NCBI GenBank assembly: GCA_036163815.1
Contig: JAYZKD010000007.1
Span: 305-64,304, forward strand
Source of the DNA: Pseudomonadota bacterium
GTDB taxonomy: Bacteria > Pseudomonadota > Alphaproteobacteria > MED-G09
Direction: 5' to 3'
DNA length: 64,000 bases
The position numbers were made by a program, and so were the translations under genes. The first letter of the stretch is position 1. The number at the start of each line of letters is the position of its first letter. Below are positions 1 through 11,919 of this stretch, piece after piece. The notes under the pieces were generated by a model. The model made no database searches, was not told where the DNA came from, and was given only the letters and a program-made list of their open reading frames with translations.

Positions 1-543
1 TTATCTGCAGCAACAGGAATCTTAAATATAACTGTTGCAGCATTATTAGGTGTAATCCTTATGCTCTTAACTAATGTTTTAACTATTCGAGATGCAGTAT
101 CAGCATTGGATACAAAAATATTTCTATTGGTAGCCTCATCAATAATGCTATCCACTGCTCTACAAGAAACAGGGGGTGCTATTTATATAGCTGATATACT
201 AAAGGGCTTAATGTTAAATTTTAATCTAATAACCATACTATCATTGTTCTTTATCTTTATTGCCATAATTACCAACTTTTTGAGCAATAATGCAACTGCT
301 GTGTTGTTTACTCCAATAGCTATTAACTTAGCAAATGACTTTAATGTCGAACCTGAATTATTTATTTATTGTTTAATCTTTGCAGCTAATTGTTCTTTTG
401 CTACCCCAATTGGGTATAAAACGAATCTACTAGTAATGGGTCCGGGAAATTATCAGTTTAAAGATTATCTTAAATCAGGAATTCCACTAGTTTTAATAAT
501 GTGGTTAAGTTATACATTGATGATTAATTTTTTAGGCTATTGA
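1..543 (+). CDS. C-terminal part of an SLC13/DASS-type (CitT/ArsB superfamily) anion permease; the 5' end lies outside the window
   Basis: The frame of ORF 61..543 stays open back to nt 1 (LSAATGILNITVAALLGVIL-M...). The sequence is hydrophobic TM segments. The terminal motif ATPIGYKTNLLVMGPGNYQFKDY is typical of this permease family. Confidence 0.7.
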   Translation, partial: LSAATGILNITVAALLGVILMLLTNVLTIRDAVSALDTKIFLLVASSIMLSTALQETGGAIYIADILKGLMLNFNLITILSLFFIFIAIITNFLSNNATAVLFTPIAINLANDFNVEPELFIYCLIFAANCSFATPIGYKTNLLVMGPGNYQFKDYLKSGIPLVLIMWLSYTLMINFLGY

Positions 544-544
544 A

Positions 545-1258
545 GTGAATAAACTTGAAAATATACAAAGAGAAGATTTTTATATTTCCGATTCTTCGAA
601 ATGCGCTTATTATCCTAACAAAGATGAAAAAAAGATATTTACCTTTATCAAAAACTTCGAAAATCAAGATTTCTATAATTATCTAATTTCCAAAGGATTT
701 AGAAGAAGCCAAAATGTATTATATAATCAGATATGTGAAGGGTGTAATAAATGCATTCCCATTCGTATAAATATTACCAACTTTAATTATTCAAAAAATC
801 ATAAAAGACTAATAAGAAAGGGAAAAATCTTTAAAAGAAATATTTCAGAAAAAGTAACTTATGAGCAATTTAATTTGTTTAAGAAATATTTAGAATTTAA
901 ACATCCTGATAGTGAAATGAATAATATGATTTATCCTGACTATTATTCAATGATAAAGAATACCGGTATTGAAACCAAAATAATTGAATATAGAGTAAAC
1001 GATAACTTAGTTGCATGTTGTATAACAGACTTCTTAGATAATGCCCTTTCTATGGTCTATTCATTTTATAGTTCTGAATTTTTAAAATATTCTCCTGGTA
1101 AATTCATGATTTTAGATCACATAAATTTAAACGAAACATTTGATAAAGAATTATTGTATTTAGGTTATTGGATTAATGGATGCAAAGAAATGGATTATAA
1201 GAAGAATTTTAATTCTTCTGAAGTATTAATAAATGATAATTGGATTAAGAATGGGTAA
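545..1258 (+). CDS. bpt: Aspartate/glutamate leucyltransferase (bacterial arginyl-tRNA-protein transferase homologue, N-degron pathway)
   Basis: GTG start lies 1 nt after the upstream stop. 237 aa. N-terminal Cys cluster (SKCAYYP...CEGCNKCIPIR). ATE_C-like core MVYSFYSSEF..SPGKFMILDHI..YLGYWI. Confidence 0.85.
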   Translation: MNKLENIQREDFYISDSSKCAYYPNKDEKKIFTFIKNFENQDFYNYLISKGFRRSQNVLYNQICEGCNKCIPIRINITNFNYSKNHKRLIRKGKIFKRNISEKVTYEQFNLFKKYLEFKHPDSEMNNMIYPDYYSMIKNTGIETKIIEYRVNDNLVACCITDFLDNALSMVYSFYSSEFLKYSPGKFMILDHINLNETFDKELLYLGYWINGCKEMDYKKNFNSSEVLINDNWIKNG

Positions 1259-2360
1259 AAAAGAATTAAAGACCAAGACAAAAATTACTCGAAGAAAAGC
1301 TTTAATTGGAGGAGCATCATCGATTCTCCTAGCCGGGGCCTTGTCAAAACCAGCAATTTCCAAAGGTATAAGAAGATTAACCATGACACACACATGGCCA
1401 AAGAATTTTCCGGGATTAGGTACATCTCCTGAAAGAATAGCTAATCATATAAATAAAGCTACTGATGGTGAAATAGAAATTAAGGTTTATGCCGCTGGCG
1501 AACTTGTTCCCGCTTTTGAAGCTCTAGATGCTGCTTCAAGTGGTGTAGCAGATCTATACAATGGTGCAGAATATTATTTTCAAGGAAAAAATATTGGTTT
1601 TAACTTTTTTACTGCTGTTCCATTTGGAATGACGGCAAATGAATTAAACGCTTGGATTGACCATGGTGGTGGAAGAGAATTATGGAATAAGTTAAGTGCA
1701 CAATTTAATGTAATATCTTTTCAATCCGCAAATACAGGCGTTCAGATGGGTGGATGGTTTAATAAAGAAATACTTAGTATTGATGACCTCAAAGGCTTAA
1801 AAATAAGAATGCCTGGATTAGGTGGTGAAGTGCTTAGAAGGATTGGTTCAGCTGCAGTAGCAATTCCGGGTGGAGAAATTTATCCCGCACTTCAATCAGG
1901 GGCTATAGACGCCACAGAATGGGTGGGTCCATGGAATGACTTAGCTTTTGCATTTTATCAAGTTGCTAAATTCTACTATTGGCCCGGTTTTCATGAGCCT
2001 GGCGCAGGTCTTGCTACAGGGGTAAATCTTGATACTTGGAATTCTTTAACTTCAACTCAAAGAGAAATTTTTCAAAAAGTTTTTTCTCATGAAAATACCT
2101 ATACTCTTGCTGAATTTAATTATCACAACTCTATAGCTCTCAATACTTTAATAAATAGACATAATGTTGTAATGAAAACATTTTCTAAAGAAATAATGCA
2201 AGAGTTAAAGCAAAGATCCAGTGAAGTACTTGAAGATGTTGCAACAAGAGAATCAATTTCAAAAGAAATTTACCTTTCATTTAAAGATAATCTCAAAAGA
2301 TTAAGAGGATGGTCTAAACATTCTGAATTAGCATATATGTCAGCAAGAGAAGATATTTAA
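1233..2360 (+). CDS. dctP: TRAP transporter substrate-binding protein (DctP family, COG4663-like) with a twin-arginine signal
   Basis: Signal sequence TRRKALIGGASSILLAGALSKPAIS. DctP-like body (HTWPKNFPGLG, LKIRMPGLGGEV, GAIDATEWVGPWND). It is followed by the Q and M subunits. An alternative start at 1251 (MGKKEL) is equally plausible. Confidence 0.9.
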   Translation: MIIGLRMGKKELKTKTKITRRKALIGGASSILLAGALSKPAISKGIRRLTMTHTWPKNFPGLGTSPERIANHINKATDGEIEIKVYAAGELVPAFEALDAASSGVADLYNGAEYYFQGKNIGFNFFTAVPFGMTANELNAWIDHGGGRELWNKLSAQFNVISFQSANTGVQMGGWFNKEILSIDDLKGLKIRMPGLGGEVLRRIGSAAVAIPGGEIYPALQSGAIDATEWVGPWNDLAFAFYQVAKFYYWPGFHEPGAGLATGVNLDTWNSLTSTQREIFQKVFSHENTYTLAEFNYHNSIALNTLINRHNVVMKTFSKEIMQELKQRSSEVLEDVATRESISKEIYLSFKDNLKRLRGWSKHSELAYMSAREDI

Positions 2361-2851
2361 TGAATTTCTTAAAGTCTATCAATGAATATGTAGGTAGTTA
2401 TATATCTTGGTTAATAATAATAATGGTTGTAGTTCAAATAATTATTGTTCTCTCTAGATATATTTTCGGTTTAGGATTTATAAAGCTCCAAGAATTAATG
2501 ATTTATATGCATGGATCATTATTTACGATAAGCGCTGGATATACATTGTTGTATGATGAGCATGTTAGAGTAGACTCATTTTATAGAGAGGCTACAGATA
2601 AATTTAAGAATTTAGTTAATATCTTTGGAACAATATTTCTTCTTTTCCCTTTTGTTTTGGTAACATTTTTAATGAGCTTCCCATATGTAAGAAGGTCATG
2701 GAAAATTCTAGAAGGCTCTCCAGAAACAAGTGGTTTAAATGCAACTTATTTATTTAAAACTGCACTAATAATATTTCCTTTTCTTATATTTCTTCAGGCT
2801 ATAGTTATTTTTGTAAATTCTATTAAAAATCTAAGAACGAAAAATGATTGA
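2360..2851 (+). CDS. dctQ: TRAP transporter small permease subunit (DctQ)
   Basis: 163 aa with 4 hydrophobic helices. TAATG stop-start overlap with dctP. Located between the P and M subunits. Confidence 0.85.
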   Translation: MNFLKSINEYVGSYISWLIIIMVVVQIIIVLSRYIFGLGFIKLQELMIYMHGSLFTISAGYTLLYDEHVRVDSFYREATDKFKNLVNIFGTIFLLFPFVLVTFLMSFPYVRRSWKILEGSPETSGLNATYLFKTALIIFPFLIFLQAIVIFVNSIKNLRTKND

Positions 2852-4397
2852 ATATCTCGATCTTTTAATGTTTGCAGTAGCAATCTTGATCCTTATACTT
2901 GGATTTCCTGTAGCATTTTCACTTGCTGGCGTCGCAATAGCTTTTGCTCTAATTGGCGATCAACTAGATGTATTCCCTATTCAATTTTTAAAAGCCATTC
3001 CACAAAGAATTTTTGGAACAATGACAAATGAAGTTTTAATGGCAGTTCCTTTATTCATATTTATGGGAACAATATTAGAAAAATCAAAGGTTGCTGAAGA
3101 TTTGCTTGAGAATATGAGTAAATTACTAAAGGGTATTCGTGGCGGATTAGGGATATCAGTTACTATAGTTGGCGCACTACTTGCTGCATCAACAGGAATA
3201 GTTGGCGCTACAGTGGTCACAATGGGGCTTTTATCCTTACCTACAATGTTAAAAAATGGATATAACCCGAAATTAGCTTCAGGTGTTATTACTGCCGCCG
3301 GTACATTAGGTCAAATAATTCCTCCTTCAATTGTTCTAATTTTACTTGGGGATGTAATTTCTAATGCTTACCAGAAATCTCAATTAAATATGGGTATCTT
3401 TTCTCCAGATACGGTATCAGTTGGAGATTTATTCGCTGGATCTTTATTCCCAGGATTATTGTTAGTAACATTTTATATTTTGTATCAATTTATAAAAGCC
3501 ATTATTGATCCAAATTCAACACCTAAAAAATCATTAGAAAGTGAAGATATTAATTATAAAAACCTTTTCAAAGTTCTATTTCCCCCTCTTTTTTTAATAA
3601 TTGCTGTCTTAGGTTCTATTTTGTCAGGTTTTGCTACTCCTACGGAAGCAGCATCTGTTGGTGCTATTGGGGCAATCTTATTGGCTGCAAGTCGACTAAC
3701 TAAGGAAAAATTTGTAACAAAAATATCTGCAGGATCATTTATAATTCTTCTTTTTTTAAATTCTCTATTTGATTTGCGGTTAAACAGATCAGAATTAGAA
3801 TTATTTGATATTATTCCAGTTATTTTAGCCTCAATAACATTTATTATTTTCTTAATTTCAACCCTTTTATGCATATATAAGCTTTACTTAAGTGCTGTTT
3901 TAATCGATTCAGCAAAATCATCAACGAAAATAACATCTATGGTTTTCATAATTCTAATTGGGGCAACTTTTTTTAGTCTTGTTTTTAGAGGCTTGGGTGG
4001 CGATGAAACAATTGAAAATTTCTTAACAAATTTACCTGGTGGTATATTTAGTGCAATATTGATTGTAATGATAGCAATGTTTCTATTAGGATTCTTCTTA
4101 GACTTTATAGAAATCACATTTGTAGTTGTACCAATTGTTGCTCCAATAATCCTACAAATGGGGGTTGATCCTGTTTGGTTGGGGGTGATGATGGCTATAA
4201 ATTTACAAACTAGTTTTTTAACCCCTCCTTTTGGATTTGCCCTCTTTTATTTACGAGGAGTTGCTCCTAATTCTGTTAAAACATCTGATATTTATAAGGG
4301 CGTTATCCCTTTTATTTTTATACAAATATTGATGTTATTGCTCCTGTCATTGTTTCCTTCTATAGCAACTTGGCTTCCTAATTATATATTTAGTTAA
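2844..4397 (+). CDS. dctM: TRAP transporter large permease subunit (DctM)
   Basis: 517-aa polytopic membrane protein. DctM-like motifs ([38 protein letters not shown]). Overlaps dctQ by 8 nt. Confidence 0.9.
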   Translation: MIEYLDLLMFAVAILILILGFPVAFSLAGVAIAFALIGDQLDVFPIQFLKAIPQRIFGTMTNEVLMAVPLFIFMGTILEKSKVAEDLLENMSKLLKGIRGGLGISVTIVGALLAASTGIVGATVVTMGLLSLPTMLKNGYNPKLASGVITAAGTLGQIIPPSIVLILLGDVISNAYQKSQLNMGIFSPDTVSVGDLFAGSLFPGLLLVTFYILYQFIKAIIDPNSTPKKSLESEDINYKNLFKVLFPPLFLIIAVLGSILSGFATPTEAASVGAIGAILLAASRLTKEKFVTKISAGSFIILLFLNSLFDLRLNRSELELFDIIPVILASITFIIFLISTLLCIYKLYLSAVLIDSAKSSTKITSMVFIILIGATFFSLVFRGLGGDETIENFLTNLPGGIFSAILIVMIAMFLLGFFLDFIEITFVVVPIVAPIILQMGVDPVWLGVMMAINLQTSFLTPPFGFALFYLRGVAPNSVKTSDIYKGVIPFIFIQILMLLLLSLFPSIATWLPNYIFS

Positions 4398-6598
4398 AAA
4401 TTTCTTGGGAATCCTTTAGGAACTTTTTTTCCGGCTTGACCTCTTTTCCCTTTCCAGTTTTCAATTTCCTCAAAAAATCTATTTCTTCCATTTAAATCAA
4501 CAATATTTAGACCTTCCCCAATATTAAAGCTGATGATTTTTTTTAGATAGCCTTCTTTATATCTTTGTAATTTAACGCCCTTGCCTTTTGCCATCTTTGG
4601 AATCTCTTCTAATGAGAAAATAAGCATTTTCTTATTTTCACCAATAACAACTATATGATTTCCTTTTAAATTATCAGAACTCACTGCTTTATCGCCTTCT
4701 GATAAATTTAGTATTTGTTTTCCTGATTTTCTATTTGATAATGCATCTTTCTGAGAAACGGCAAAACCGTTACCATATTTAGACCCTAAAATAATATAAT
4801 CCTCTTCTTTATATGAATGAATTGATATAATTTCCTCACCATCCTCTAAATCAATTAATAGCTTTAAAGGATCGCCGAAGCCCCTTCCGGACGGTAGTTG
4901 ATCTGGATTAATTGTATAAAACTTTCCGTTAGATGCAAAAAATAACAATTTACTGTTACTATTAGTTTCAAGAAACAGAAGTAACCCATCATCATCTTTG
5001 AATTTAATTTCATTAAGATCATGATCTATACCTTTTAAAGTCTTTATCCATCCATGTTGAGATAAAACTACGGTTATAGGTTCTGCTGGGGAAGAAAACT
5101 CATAATCGATATCTTTAATCACTAATTCATTATTTATAGAAGTTCGTCTTTTGCCTATTTCAGTTTTCTTAGAATAACTTTTTTTTATTTCCTTAATTTC
5201 TTTTGAGATTTCTTTCCATTGGAGTTCATCAGATTTAACAAGCTTTCCTAATATTAAGTTTTCTTTTTTTAATAAATCATGTTCCTCTTTAATTTTAATT
5301 TCTTCTAATTTTCTTAAAGATCTTAATCGCATATTTAAAATTGAATTTGCTTGATAATCGGAAAGCTTAAATTTTTTAATTAATTTTTCTTTAGGGTTAT
5401 CATCTTGTCTTATGATTTTAATAACCTGGTCAATATTTAGAAAAACAATTAAATAGCCACTTAATATTTCTAACCTATCCTTTATTTCTCTCAATCTATG
5501 GTTGGTACGCCTAACTAAAACATCTCTTCTATGATCTAGCCATGAAAGAAGCATATCACGGATATTATGCACTCTGGGAATATTATTATTTAAGGCATTT
5601 AAATTAACTGAAAATCGTGATTCTAATTCCGATAAATTAAAAAGAACCTCCATAAGATGGTCTGGATCTACATCCCTATTTCTAGGAATTAAAACTAGCC
5701 TAATATTTTCAGAGGATTCATCTCGAATATCATCAAGAATAGGGATTTTTTTATCTAAAATTAACTGTGCAATTTTTTCGATTAATTTACCTTTATTAAC
5801 TTGATAGGGAATCTCACTAATTATAATTTTCCAAACACCTCTTTTTTCCTTCTCTATAGTCCATTTAGACCTTACCCTAATACTCCCTTTACCAGATTTA
5901 TATATTTCTAACATTGTTTGCTGAGATTCGACTATTTCTCCACCAGTAGGAAAATCAGGACCGGGAATAAATTCAATTAGCTTATCAAAATGCGAATTTC
6001 TATGTTTAATTAAATGAAGAGATGCATTACATAATTCTTCAACATTATGAGGAGGAATTGAGGTTGCCATGCCAACAGCTATGCCCGAAGAACCATTTGC
6101 CAATAAATTAGGAAAATTTGATGGTAAAACTACAGGTTCCTTATCAACTTCATCATAAGTTAATCTAAAATCAACACAATCCTCATCAATTCCAGATAAT
6201 AATAACTCAGAAATTTCTGTGAGTTTCGACTCCGTGTACCTCATAGCTGCCGCATTATCACCATCAATATTACCAAAATTACCCTGTCCATCGATTAGAG
6301 GCCACCTAACCGAAAAATCTTGAGCTAAACGTACTAAGGTGTCATAAATTGCCTGATCCCCATGAGGATGGAATCTTCCCATCACCTCGCCAACAATTCG
6401 AGCGGATTTTTTAAAAGAAGAATTTGGCGATAAGTTTAATTGTCTCATTGCGTAAAGAAGTCTTCTATGAACTGGTTTCAATCCATCTCTAACATCTGGA
6501 AGAGCTCTATCCATAATTGTAGTAAGAGCATATGCTAGATACCTCTCTTCAAGAGCATCTATAATTTCTATATCTTTATATTGATCAATTAAATTCAT
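4394..6598 (-). CDS. parC: DNA topoisomerase IV subunit A
   Basis: N-terminal motif [21 protein letters not shown]. Active-site Tyr context [11 protein letters not shown]. 734 aa with no GyrA-box, which favours ParC over GyrA. Confidence 0.9.
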   Translation of the reverse strand: MNLIDQYKDIEIIDALEERYLAYALTTIMDRALPDVRDGLKPVHRRLLYAMRQLNLSPNSSFKKSARIVGEVMGRFHPHGDQAIYDTLVRLAQDFSVRWPLIDGQGNFGNIDGDNAAAMRYTESKLTEISELLLSGIDEDCVDFRLTYDEVDKEPVVLPSNFPNLLANGSSGIAVGMATSIPPHNVEELCNASLHLIKHRNSHFDKLIEFIPGPDFPTGGEIVESQQTMLEIYKSGKGSIRVRSKWTIEKEKRGVWKIIISEIPYQVNKGKLIEKIAQLILDKKIPILDDIRDESSENIRLVLIPRNRDVDPDHLMEVLFNLSELESRFSVNLNALNNNIPRVHNIRDMLLSWLDHRRDVLVRRTNHRLREIKDRLEILSGYLIVFLNIDQVIKIIRQDDNPKEKLIKKFKLSDYQANSILNMRLRSLRKLEEIKIKEEHDLLKKENLILGKLVKSDELQWKEISKEIKEIKKSYSKKTEIGKRRTSINNELVIKDIDYEFSSPAEPITVVLSQHGWIKTLKGIDHDLNEIKFKDDDGLLLFLETNSNSKLLFFASNGKFYTINPDQLPSGRGFGDPLKLLIDLEDGEEIISIHSYKEEDYIILGSKYGNGFAVSQKDALSNRKSGKQILNLSEGDKAVSSDNLKGNHIVVIGENKKMLIFSLEEIPKMAKGKGVKLQRYKEGYLKKIISFNIGEGLNIVDLNGRNRFFEEIENWKGKRGQAGKKVPKGFPRNF

Positions 6599-6629
6599 TT
6601 TTAATTCACAGGAATTTATACATAGATTC

Positions 6630-7349
6630 CTATTTTTTTAAAAAATCTATTATTTTTTTTCTTGAAGACGGAAGGTTTTTGTTTAAATCAGAATAAATCC
6701 ATTTACTTAAAAAATAACCTGTCAATCTTAAACCATCTATTAACTCTATCTTTTCTAAATTTTTATATTCAGAATTCAAAAGAAATGAAGGTAGTTTTAA
6801 AAGTTTTTCTGACCACTCTTTACCTATCTCTAAACCCACAGCCTTTCCAGATTTTGGAGATACCCATTTTAAAGTATCTTTAGATCCACTTACAACACAT
6901 TCACTTAAATCAATTCCATAACCCATTGAATCAAGATAATTAAGCTCAAATTTAATTATCTGCTCTATCCAATTATTATCTTCAGTAAAATTTTCTAATA
7001 AAGTATCAAATTGAGTATAAATTTCATTACATGGTTCTCTTTCAGGCAATAAATCAAGATGAGAACAAATCAAATTCACACCAGAAAGATATAATTGATT
7101 GCTCATAATAATATTAGCTCTTGATAAATTAAGCTCAGTATTAAAATAACCTAAATGCTCAGAAAGTCTTGCACGCCAAGAAATATTTAATTTATTTCCA
7201 GTTAAATTGACTCCTTGACCGCCTAGGTTTTTTTTTATTCTCACTAACCCAGAATAAATTCCATTTTTCTCAGTTATAACCTTCATGATTATTGAATTGT
7301 CATTAAATTTTCTAGTATTAATTACTATGCCGGTATCTTGCCACTGCAT
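6630..7349 (-). CDS. recO: DNA repair protein RecO
   Basis: 239 aa with an N-terminal OB-fold-like segment ([37 protein letters not shown]). Sits in the conserved era-recO position. Confidence 0.85.
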   Translation of the reverse strand: MQWQDTGIVINTRKFNDNSIIMKVITEKNGIYSGLVRIKKNLGGQGVNLTGNKLNISWRARLSEHLGYFNTELNLSRANIIMSNQLYLSGVNLICSHLDLLPEREPCNEIYTQFDTLLENFTEDNNWIEQIIKFELNYLDSMGYGIDLSECVVSGSKDTLKWVSPKSGKAVGLEIGKEWSEKLLKLPSFLLNSEYKNLEKIELIDGLRLTGYFLSKWIYSDLNKNLPSSRKKIIDFLKK

Positions 7350-7351
7350 TA

Positions 7352-8257
7352 TTAACCTTTTTGATTAATCTCTAAACCAATTCTATTATAATTGTCAGGA
7401 TCTTTATCCCAATTTTTGTCAACCTTAACTTCAATTCGAAGAAAAATTTTCTTCCCAAATACTTTCTCCATTTCGATTCTTGAAGCGATACCAATTTCTT
7501 TAACCATAGATCCGTCCTTACCTAGAATAATACCTTTATGATTTTTCTTTTTTACATAAATTGTTTGTCCAATTTTGAGAATTTTTTTATTTTCTGACCA
7601 ATTTTCAGTTTTAACAATACAGTTATATGGAACCTCCTCGTGAACTAAATTGAATATTTTTTCACGAGTAATTTCTTCACATACAATTGCACTTTGTAAA
7701 TCGGTATAATAATCTTCTGGGTAAAGCCATCCTTTGGATATAGCTAACTCGTTTGTATAATCTAAAATATCTTGAATTCCTTCGCCAATTTTAGCTGAAA
7801 TCATAAATGTCTTTTTAAATTCATAATAAGAATTAACTTCTTTTGATTTAACCAGTAATTTTTTTTTGTCAATTAAATCAATTTTATTAATTACTAAAAA
7901 AGAATCTTTATTAAAATTTTTAAAATATTTTAAAACCTTAATTTCAAAATTTTTTAACTTCCTGGAACCATCAATAACAAAATAAACCAAATCTGCATTA
8001 GAAAGATTAAAAAAGGCATTCTCTACCATCGCCTTCTCAAATCTTGTTTTCGCTTCAAAAAGCCCCGGAGTATCTATAAAAATAATCTGAACATTTTTAT
8101 TATTTAATATTCCTCTAAGGCCCATCCTAGTAGTTTGTACTTTACGACTTACTATTGAAACTTTCTCTCCTAATGTACTGTTTAAAAATGTAGATTTACC
8201 AGAATTACTAGGCCCTACTATACTCACAACTATATTTGATTTTATTTTGCTAGCCAA
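7352..8257 (-). CDS. era: GTPase Era
   Basis: G1 motif GPSNSGKST, G3 DTPG, G4 NKID, C-terminal KH domain. Sits in the rnc-era order. Confidence 0.95.
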   Translation of the reverse strand: MASKIKSNIVVSIVGPSNSGKSTFLNSTLGEKVSIVSRKVQTTRMGLRGILNNKNVQIIFIDTPGLFEAKTRFEKAMVENAFFNLSNADLVYFVIDGSRKLKNFEIKVLKYFKNFNKDSFLVINKIDLIDKKKLLVKSKEVNSYYEFKKTFMISAKIGEGIQDILDYTNELAISKGWLYPEDYYTDLQSAIVCEEITREKIFNLVHEEVPYNCIVKTENWSENKKILKIGQTIYVKKKNHKGIILGKDGSMVKEIGIASRIEMEKVFGKKIFLRIEVKVDKNWDKDPDNYNRIGLEINQKG

Positions 8258-8945
8258 TTTGAAACTCTTTCAAGAATCTTTCTGCAGCATCCATTTCTGC
8301 ATCCTTAATTGAACTGCCTTCTCCATTAGTCTTACCTAAATTACTAACTATAACCTCAACAATAAAATTAGGATTATGATCTTCCCCCTCTTTGGATATA
8401 AGTTTATATTCAGCTTCAGACTTTTTATTAGCGTGCAACAGTTCTTGTAAAATATTTTTTGGACTTATATCTGCTTTTAAAATTTTCTGATCAACTAAAA
8501 ATTCCTTCCATAAGTTTAAAATAATTTTTCTTACACTTTGGTAATCGCTATCTAAAAATATTGCACCTAACATTGCTTCAATTGAGTTTGCTAATATAGA
8601 ATCACTCAAAGTTTCTTTTTTTTTCTTTTCTGAATTTCCTAATTTAAGGAAATTTAGAATCTTAATATTCTTTGCTACTTCCGTACATTTCTTATTTTGA
8701 ACAAGATATCTATATTTATTTGTAAGAAAACCTTCTCTTTCTTTATTAAAATTATTAAATAAATACTCTGAAATAACTAAGCCAAGAACTCTATCGCCTA
8801 AGAACTCTAATCTTTCTTGATTGATGTTACTTTTATCATTGTAACTTGAATGAGTTAAAGCTTCTTCTAATAACTCGACATTGGTGAATGTGTAACCAAT
8901 TTTTTTTTGCAATTTATTAAGATTATAGCTTTTTTTATTCATCAT
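8250..8945 (-). CDS. rnc: Ribonuclease III
   Basis: RNase III signature NQERLEFLGDRVL and a C-terminal dsRBD-like segment. 231 aa. Confidence 0.95.
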   Translation of the reverse strand: MMNKKSYNLNKLQKKIGYTFTNVELLEEALTHSSYNDKSNINQERLEFLGDRVLGLVISEYLFNNFNKEREGFLTNKYRYLVQNKKCTEVAKNIKILNFLKLGNSEKKKKETLSDSILANSIEAMLGAIFLDSDYQSVRKIILNLWKEFLVDQKILKADISPKNILQELLHANKKSEAEYKLISKEGEDHNPNFIVEVIVSNLGKTNGEGSSIKDAEMDAAERFLKEFQIG

Positions 8946-9694
8946 TAATAAATTCTTCTAAAAACTCTATCCCATTTAATATCGGAATTACAATTTGTCT
9001 TTCCCATTTTTTTCCAGTGCCATGAAAAAAATTTAATTTCAGCTTTACCTACTAAATTCTTATGTGGAACAAAACCTACTTTTTTAAGAAACCTACTATC
9101 TTGCGAGTTATCTCTATTATCGCCCATCATAAAATAGTGGTTCTCTGGAACTCTGTATATTTGCGTATTATCTTGAGGGAGGTCATATGTATCAAGAACT
9201 TCATAAGATTTTCCACTTGGTAATTTTTCTAAGTAAATTTTTGATTCTTGATTCATACAACCAATAGAGGGGTCGCTATTATTGATAAACTTATTATTAA
9301 TATTATTTCCTATAAATTTATATTCTAATATTTTTCCATTAAGAAAAACCTTTCCATCTATAATTTGCACTGTGTCACCCGGTAAACCTATTACTCGTTT
9401 AACATAATCTGTCTTATTATCAGTAGGTAGTTTAAAAATCACAACATCGCCTCTTTTAGGATTAGAAGAAAATATACGTTTAGGAATTAATGGCACACTA
9501 AATGGGAGTGAATATTTTGAATACCCATATTTCCATTTAGAGGCAAAGATATAATCCCCTACACTAAGAGTGTTAATCATTGATCCTGTCGGAATATTAT
9601 AACTAGAAAAAATAAACGATCTAAACACAAGAGCTAATAATACAATCCAAATTATTGATACAGCGAAATTCTCCTTCTTTTGTTTTTTTTCCAT
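8945..9694 (-). CDS. lepB: Signal peptidase I
   Basis: N-terminal TM helix, catalytic Ser box PTGSMINTL, Lys box and GDNRDNSQDSRF box. Confidence 0.95.
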   Translation of the reverse strand: MEKKQKKENFAVSIIWIVLLALVFRSFIFSSYNIPTGSMINTLSVGDYIFASKWKYGYSKYSLPFSVPLIPKRIFSSNPKRGDVVIFKLPTDNKTDYVKRVIGLPGDTVQIIDGKVFLNGKILEYKFIGNNINNKFINNSDPSIGCMNQESKIYLEKLPSGKSYEVLDTYDLPQDNTQIYRVPENHYFMMGDNRDNSQDSRFLKKVGFVPHKNLVGKAEIKFFSWHWKKMGKTNCNSDIKWDRVFRRIY

Positions 9695-9702
9695 GTTAAA
9701 TC

Positions 9703-10107
9703 CTAGTCATTCTCATTGATAGCTTCAATTATAATAAATGCTTGAGCCCAAGGAAAATCATCTGTTATTGTTATATTTATCTTTGCTTTGTGTTTTGGTG
9801 GCAATAATTTTTTTAACCTTTTTTTAGCGCCACCAGTCAAATTTATTGATGGCTTTCCATATTTGTTATTTACAACACCTATATCTTTTAAATAAACACC
9901 ATTGCTCAATCCGGTACCTAAAGCCTTTGTTACTGCTTCTTTTGCTGCAAATCTTTTTGCATAAGATGCCGCTCTTTTAAATCTTTTTTCTGACTTCAGA
10001 ATTTCAACTTCAGTAAACACTCTATTAATAAATCTATTACCAAATCTGGATAATGTTTTTTCTATTCTTTCAATATTAATTAGATCGTTTCCTATGCCAA
10101 TTATCAA
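9703..10107 (-). CDS. acpS: Holo-[acyl-carrier-protein] synthase
   Basis: 134 aa, [16 protein letters not shown]-terminus, [12 protein letters not shown] motif. Confidence 0.9.
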   Translation of the reverse strand: MIIGIGNDLINIERIEKTLSRFGNRFINRVFTEVEILKSEKRFKRAASYAKRFAAKEAVTKALGTGLSNGVYLKDIGVVNNKYGKPSINLTGGAKKRLKKLLPPKHKAKINITITDDFPWAQAFIIIEAINEND

Positions 10108-10119
10108 TTACTTCTCCAA

Positions 10120-10863
10120 TTAAAGTTTTCTTTCACAAATTTGTTTCATTTTTTTAACTGTATTTTCTAATCCATCAAATATTGATTGTGCGACTAGAAA
10201 AAAACCAATATTTACTTCCTGAATACATTTAATTTCTGTAATTTTTTTGGTTGTTTCATAATCAAGCCCATGTCCCAGATGAACCTCAATACCTGAATTA
10301 TGAGCATAATTGCACAATTCCTCTAATCTCTTAAATTCTAGATCAGACTTACCCTTATCCCCATAAAAGAGTTTACAAAAATTTCCTACATGTAGCTCTA
10401 TACAATCAACCCCACAAGCTATGGCAGATTCAATTTGTCCTTTATCGGGATTAATAAAAAAAGAAGTTCTTATACCTTTTTTTTGGAGTGAATAGTTAAT
10501 TTCCTTTAGATAATTTGAATTCTTGATAACATCTAAACCACCTTCAGTCGTTAACTCTTCTCTTCTTTCAGGAACTATACAGCATGAAAAAGGATTAGAA
10601 TTTATTGCAATATTAAGCATTTCTTGATTTGCAGCCATTTCAAGATTTAATTTTCCAGGATAATTCACTGTAATATCTTTAATATCTTGATCTTTAATGT
10701 GCCTTCTATCTTCTCTTAAATGCGCAGTTATAGAATCTGCTCCTGCGTTAAGAACAATTTCACATGCTTTTATAGGATCAGGATATTCTTCACCTCTAGC
10801 ATTTCTTAAAGTAGCTATATGATCAATATTAACACCTAATTTAATTTCAATATTATCTATCAT
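10120..10863 (-). CDS. pdxJ: Pyridoxine 5'-phosphate synthase
   Basis: LGVNIDHIATLRNARG N-terminal motif, ITAHLREDRRHI, 247 aa. Confidence 0.95.
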   Translation of the reverse strand: MIDNIEIKLGVNIDHIATLRNARGEEYPDPIKACEIVLNAGADSITAHLREDRRHIKDQDIKDITVNYPGKLNLEMAANQEMLNIAINSNPFSCCIVPERREELTTEGGLDVIKNSNYLKEINYSLQKKGIRTSFFINPDKGQIESAIACGVDCIELHVGNFCKLFYGDKGKSDLEFKRLEELCNYAHNSGIEVHLGHGLDYETTKKITEIKCIQEVNIGFFLVAQSIFDGLENTVKKMKQICERKL

Positions 10864-11333
10864 TTAATAACTTTCTTTACTTTTAATTTTCTCTTTCTGT
10901 ACAAAATAACTAATTTTTTTAAAAGAAAATACGATAAAAAAGATGAAATTAACCCAAGAACAGTACTTCCAATAACAAATGACCATAAGAAAGGCTTTAT
11001 TAAAAGAAAAAAATCCCACGAATAAAATGAGAAGTTTTCAAATAAATCTTTATTAAGATTATCGACTGAGAAGAATATATTTCCAACTAAAATCGATGAA
11101 ATCCACATAAACGGATAAGTAATTGGTGTACCTATAAAGGTTCCAGCAACTGAAGAAAGATAGTTAGCATTTACTAACCATGAAAAAAATATTGCTATTA
11201 CAATATGAAGCCCTATTAAAGGTGTAAAAGCCGAGAAAACACCAATAGCAAAACCTAATGATATTGAATGCGGAGTATCTGAGATTTTAATTAATTTTGA
11301 GAAGTTAATATTTTTAAATTTATAATATTTCAT
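10860..11333 (-). CDS. DUF2062-family small membrane protein
   Basis: 157 aa. TPHSISLGFAIGVFSAFTPLIGLH motif, 3-4 TM helices, basic C-terminus. Confidence 0.6.
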   Translation of the reverse strand: MKYYKFKNINFSKLIKISDTPHSISLGFAIGVFSAFTPLIGLHIVIAIFFSWLVNANYLSSVAGTFIGTPITYPFMWISSILVGNIFFSVDNLNKDLFENFSFYSWDFFLLIKPFLWSFVIGSTVLGLISSFLSYFLLKKLVILYRKRKLKVKKVIK

Positions 11334-11336
11334 AAA

Positions 11337-11918
11337 TTATAAATTTCTACTTCCTGGCTTTTCAGCTGGGATTGATTTTAGATCATCGGGAATCTCATTA
11401 GATTTATATGTTGGTATATTTAAAGTTACTAAACTCAATAATTCTATTCCTAGATCAACATTACCCCCTGATCTATCAATTATACATGCCTCTCCTATTA
11501 CATTTCCGCCTAATCTCTTAACAACATTTATTGCTTCTTTAGAAGATAATCCTGTAGTAACTACATCCTCAATCATTAAACAATTTGACCCAGATTTAAC
11601 TGAAAAACCTCTCCTTAAATCAAATTTGCCATCAACTCTTTCAAGAAATAAAAATGGAAGATCTAAAAACATTGCAATCTCATGTCCAACAATTAAACCG
11701 CCCATAGCCGGTGCTATCACAAAATCAATATGTTCATTGAAGCGATTTTTTATCTTTTCCCCTAATGCAAGAGTAAGTTTTTTAGCAAGTTTAGGTTTTG
11801 AAAGAGCTAAAGCGCACTGTAAATATTTAGTTGAATGGAGACCAGAAGATAAAACAAAATGCCCTTCTAGTAGAGCACCACATCTTTTAAATTCTTCAAT
11901 AACCTCTTTTTCTTCCAT
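11337..11918 (-). CDS. pyrE: Orotate phosphoribosyltransferase
   Basis: PRPP-binding loop LMIEDVVTTGLS, FVLSSGLHS motif, 193 aa. Confidence 0.9.
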   Translation of the reverse strand: MEEKEVIEEFKRCGALLEGHFVLSSGLHSTKYLQCALALSKPKLAKKLTLALGEKIKNRFNEHIDFVIAPAMGGLIVGHEIAMFLDLPFLFLERVDGKFDLRRGFSVKSGSNCLMIEDVVTTGLSSKEAINVVKRLGGNVIGEACIIDRSGGNVDLGIELLSLVTLNIPTYKSNEIPDDLKSIPAEKPGSRNL

Positions 11919-11919
11919 G

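Noticed and set aside
2981-4117. Three antisense ORFs (79, 106, 77 aa) inside dctM. Similar shadow ORFs lie opposite pyrE (11626..11943), spoT (13631..13894), gatA (32312..32626) and ruvX (33259..33537).
   Set aside because: All are nested in genes with strong motif support and have no motifs of their own. They have the composition typical of reverse-frame translation.
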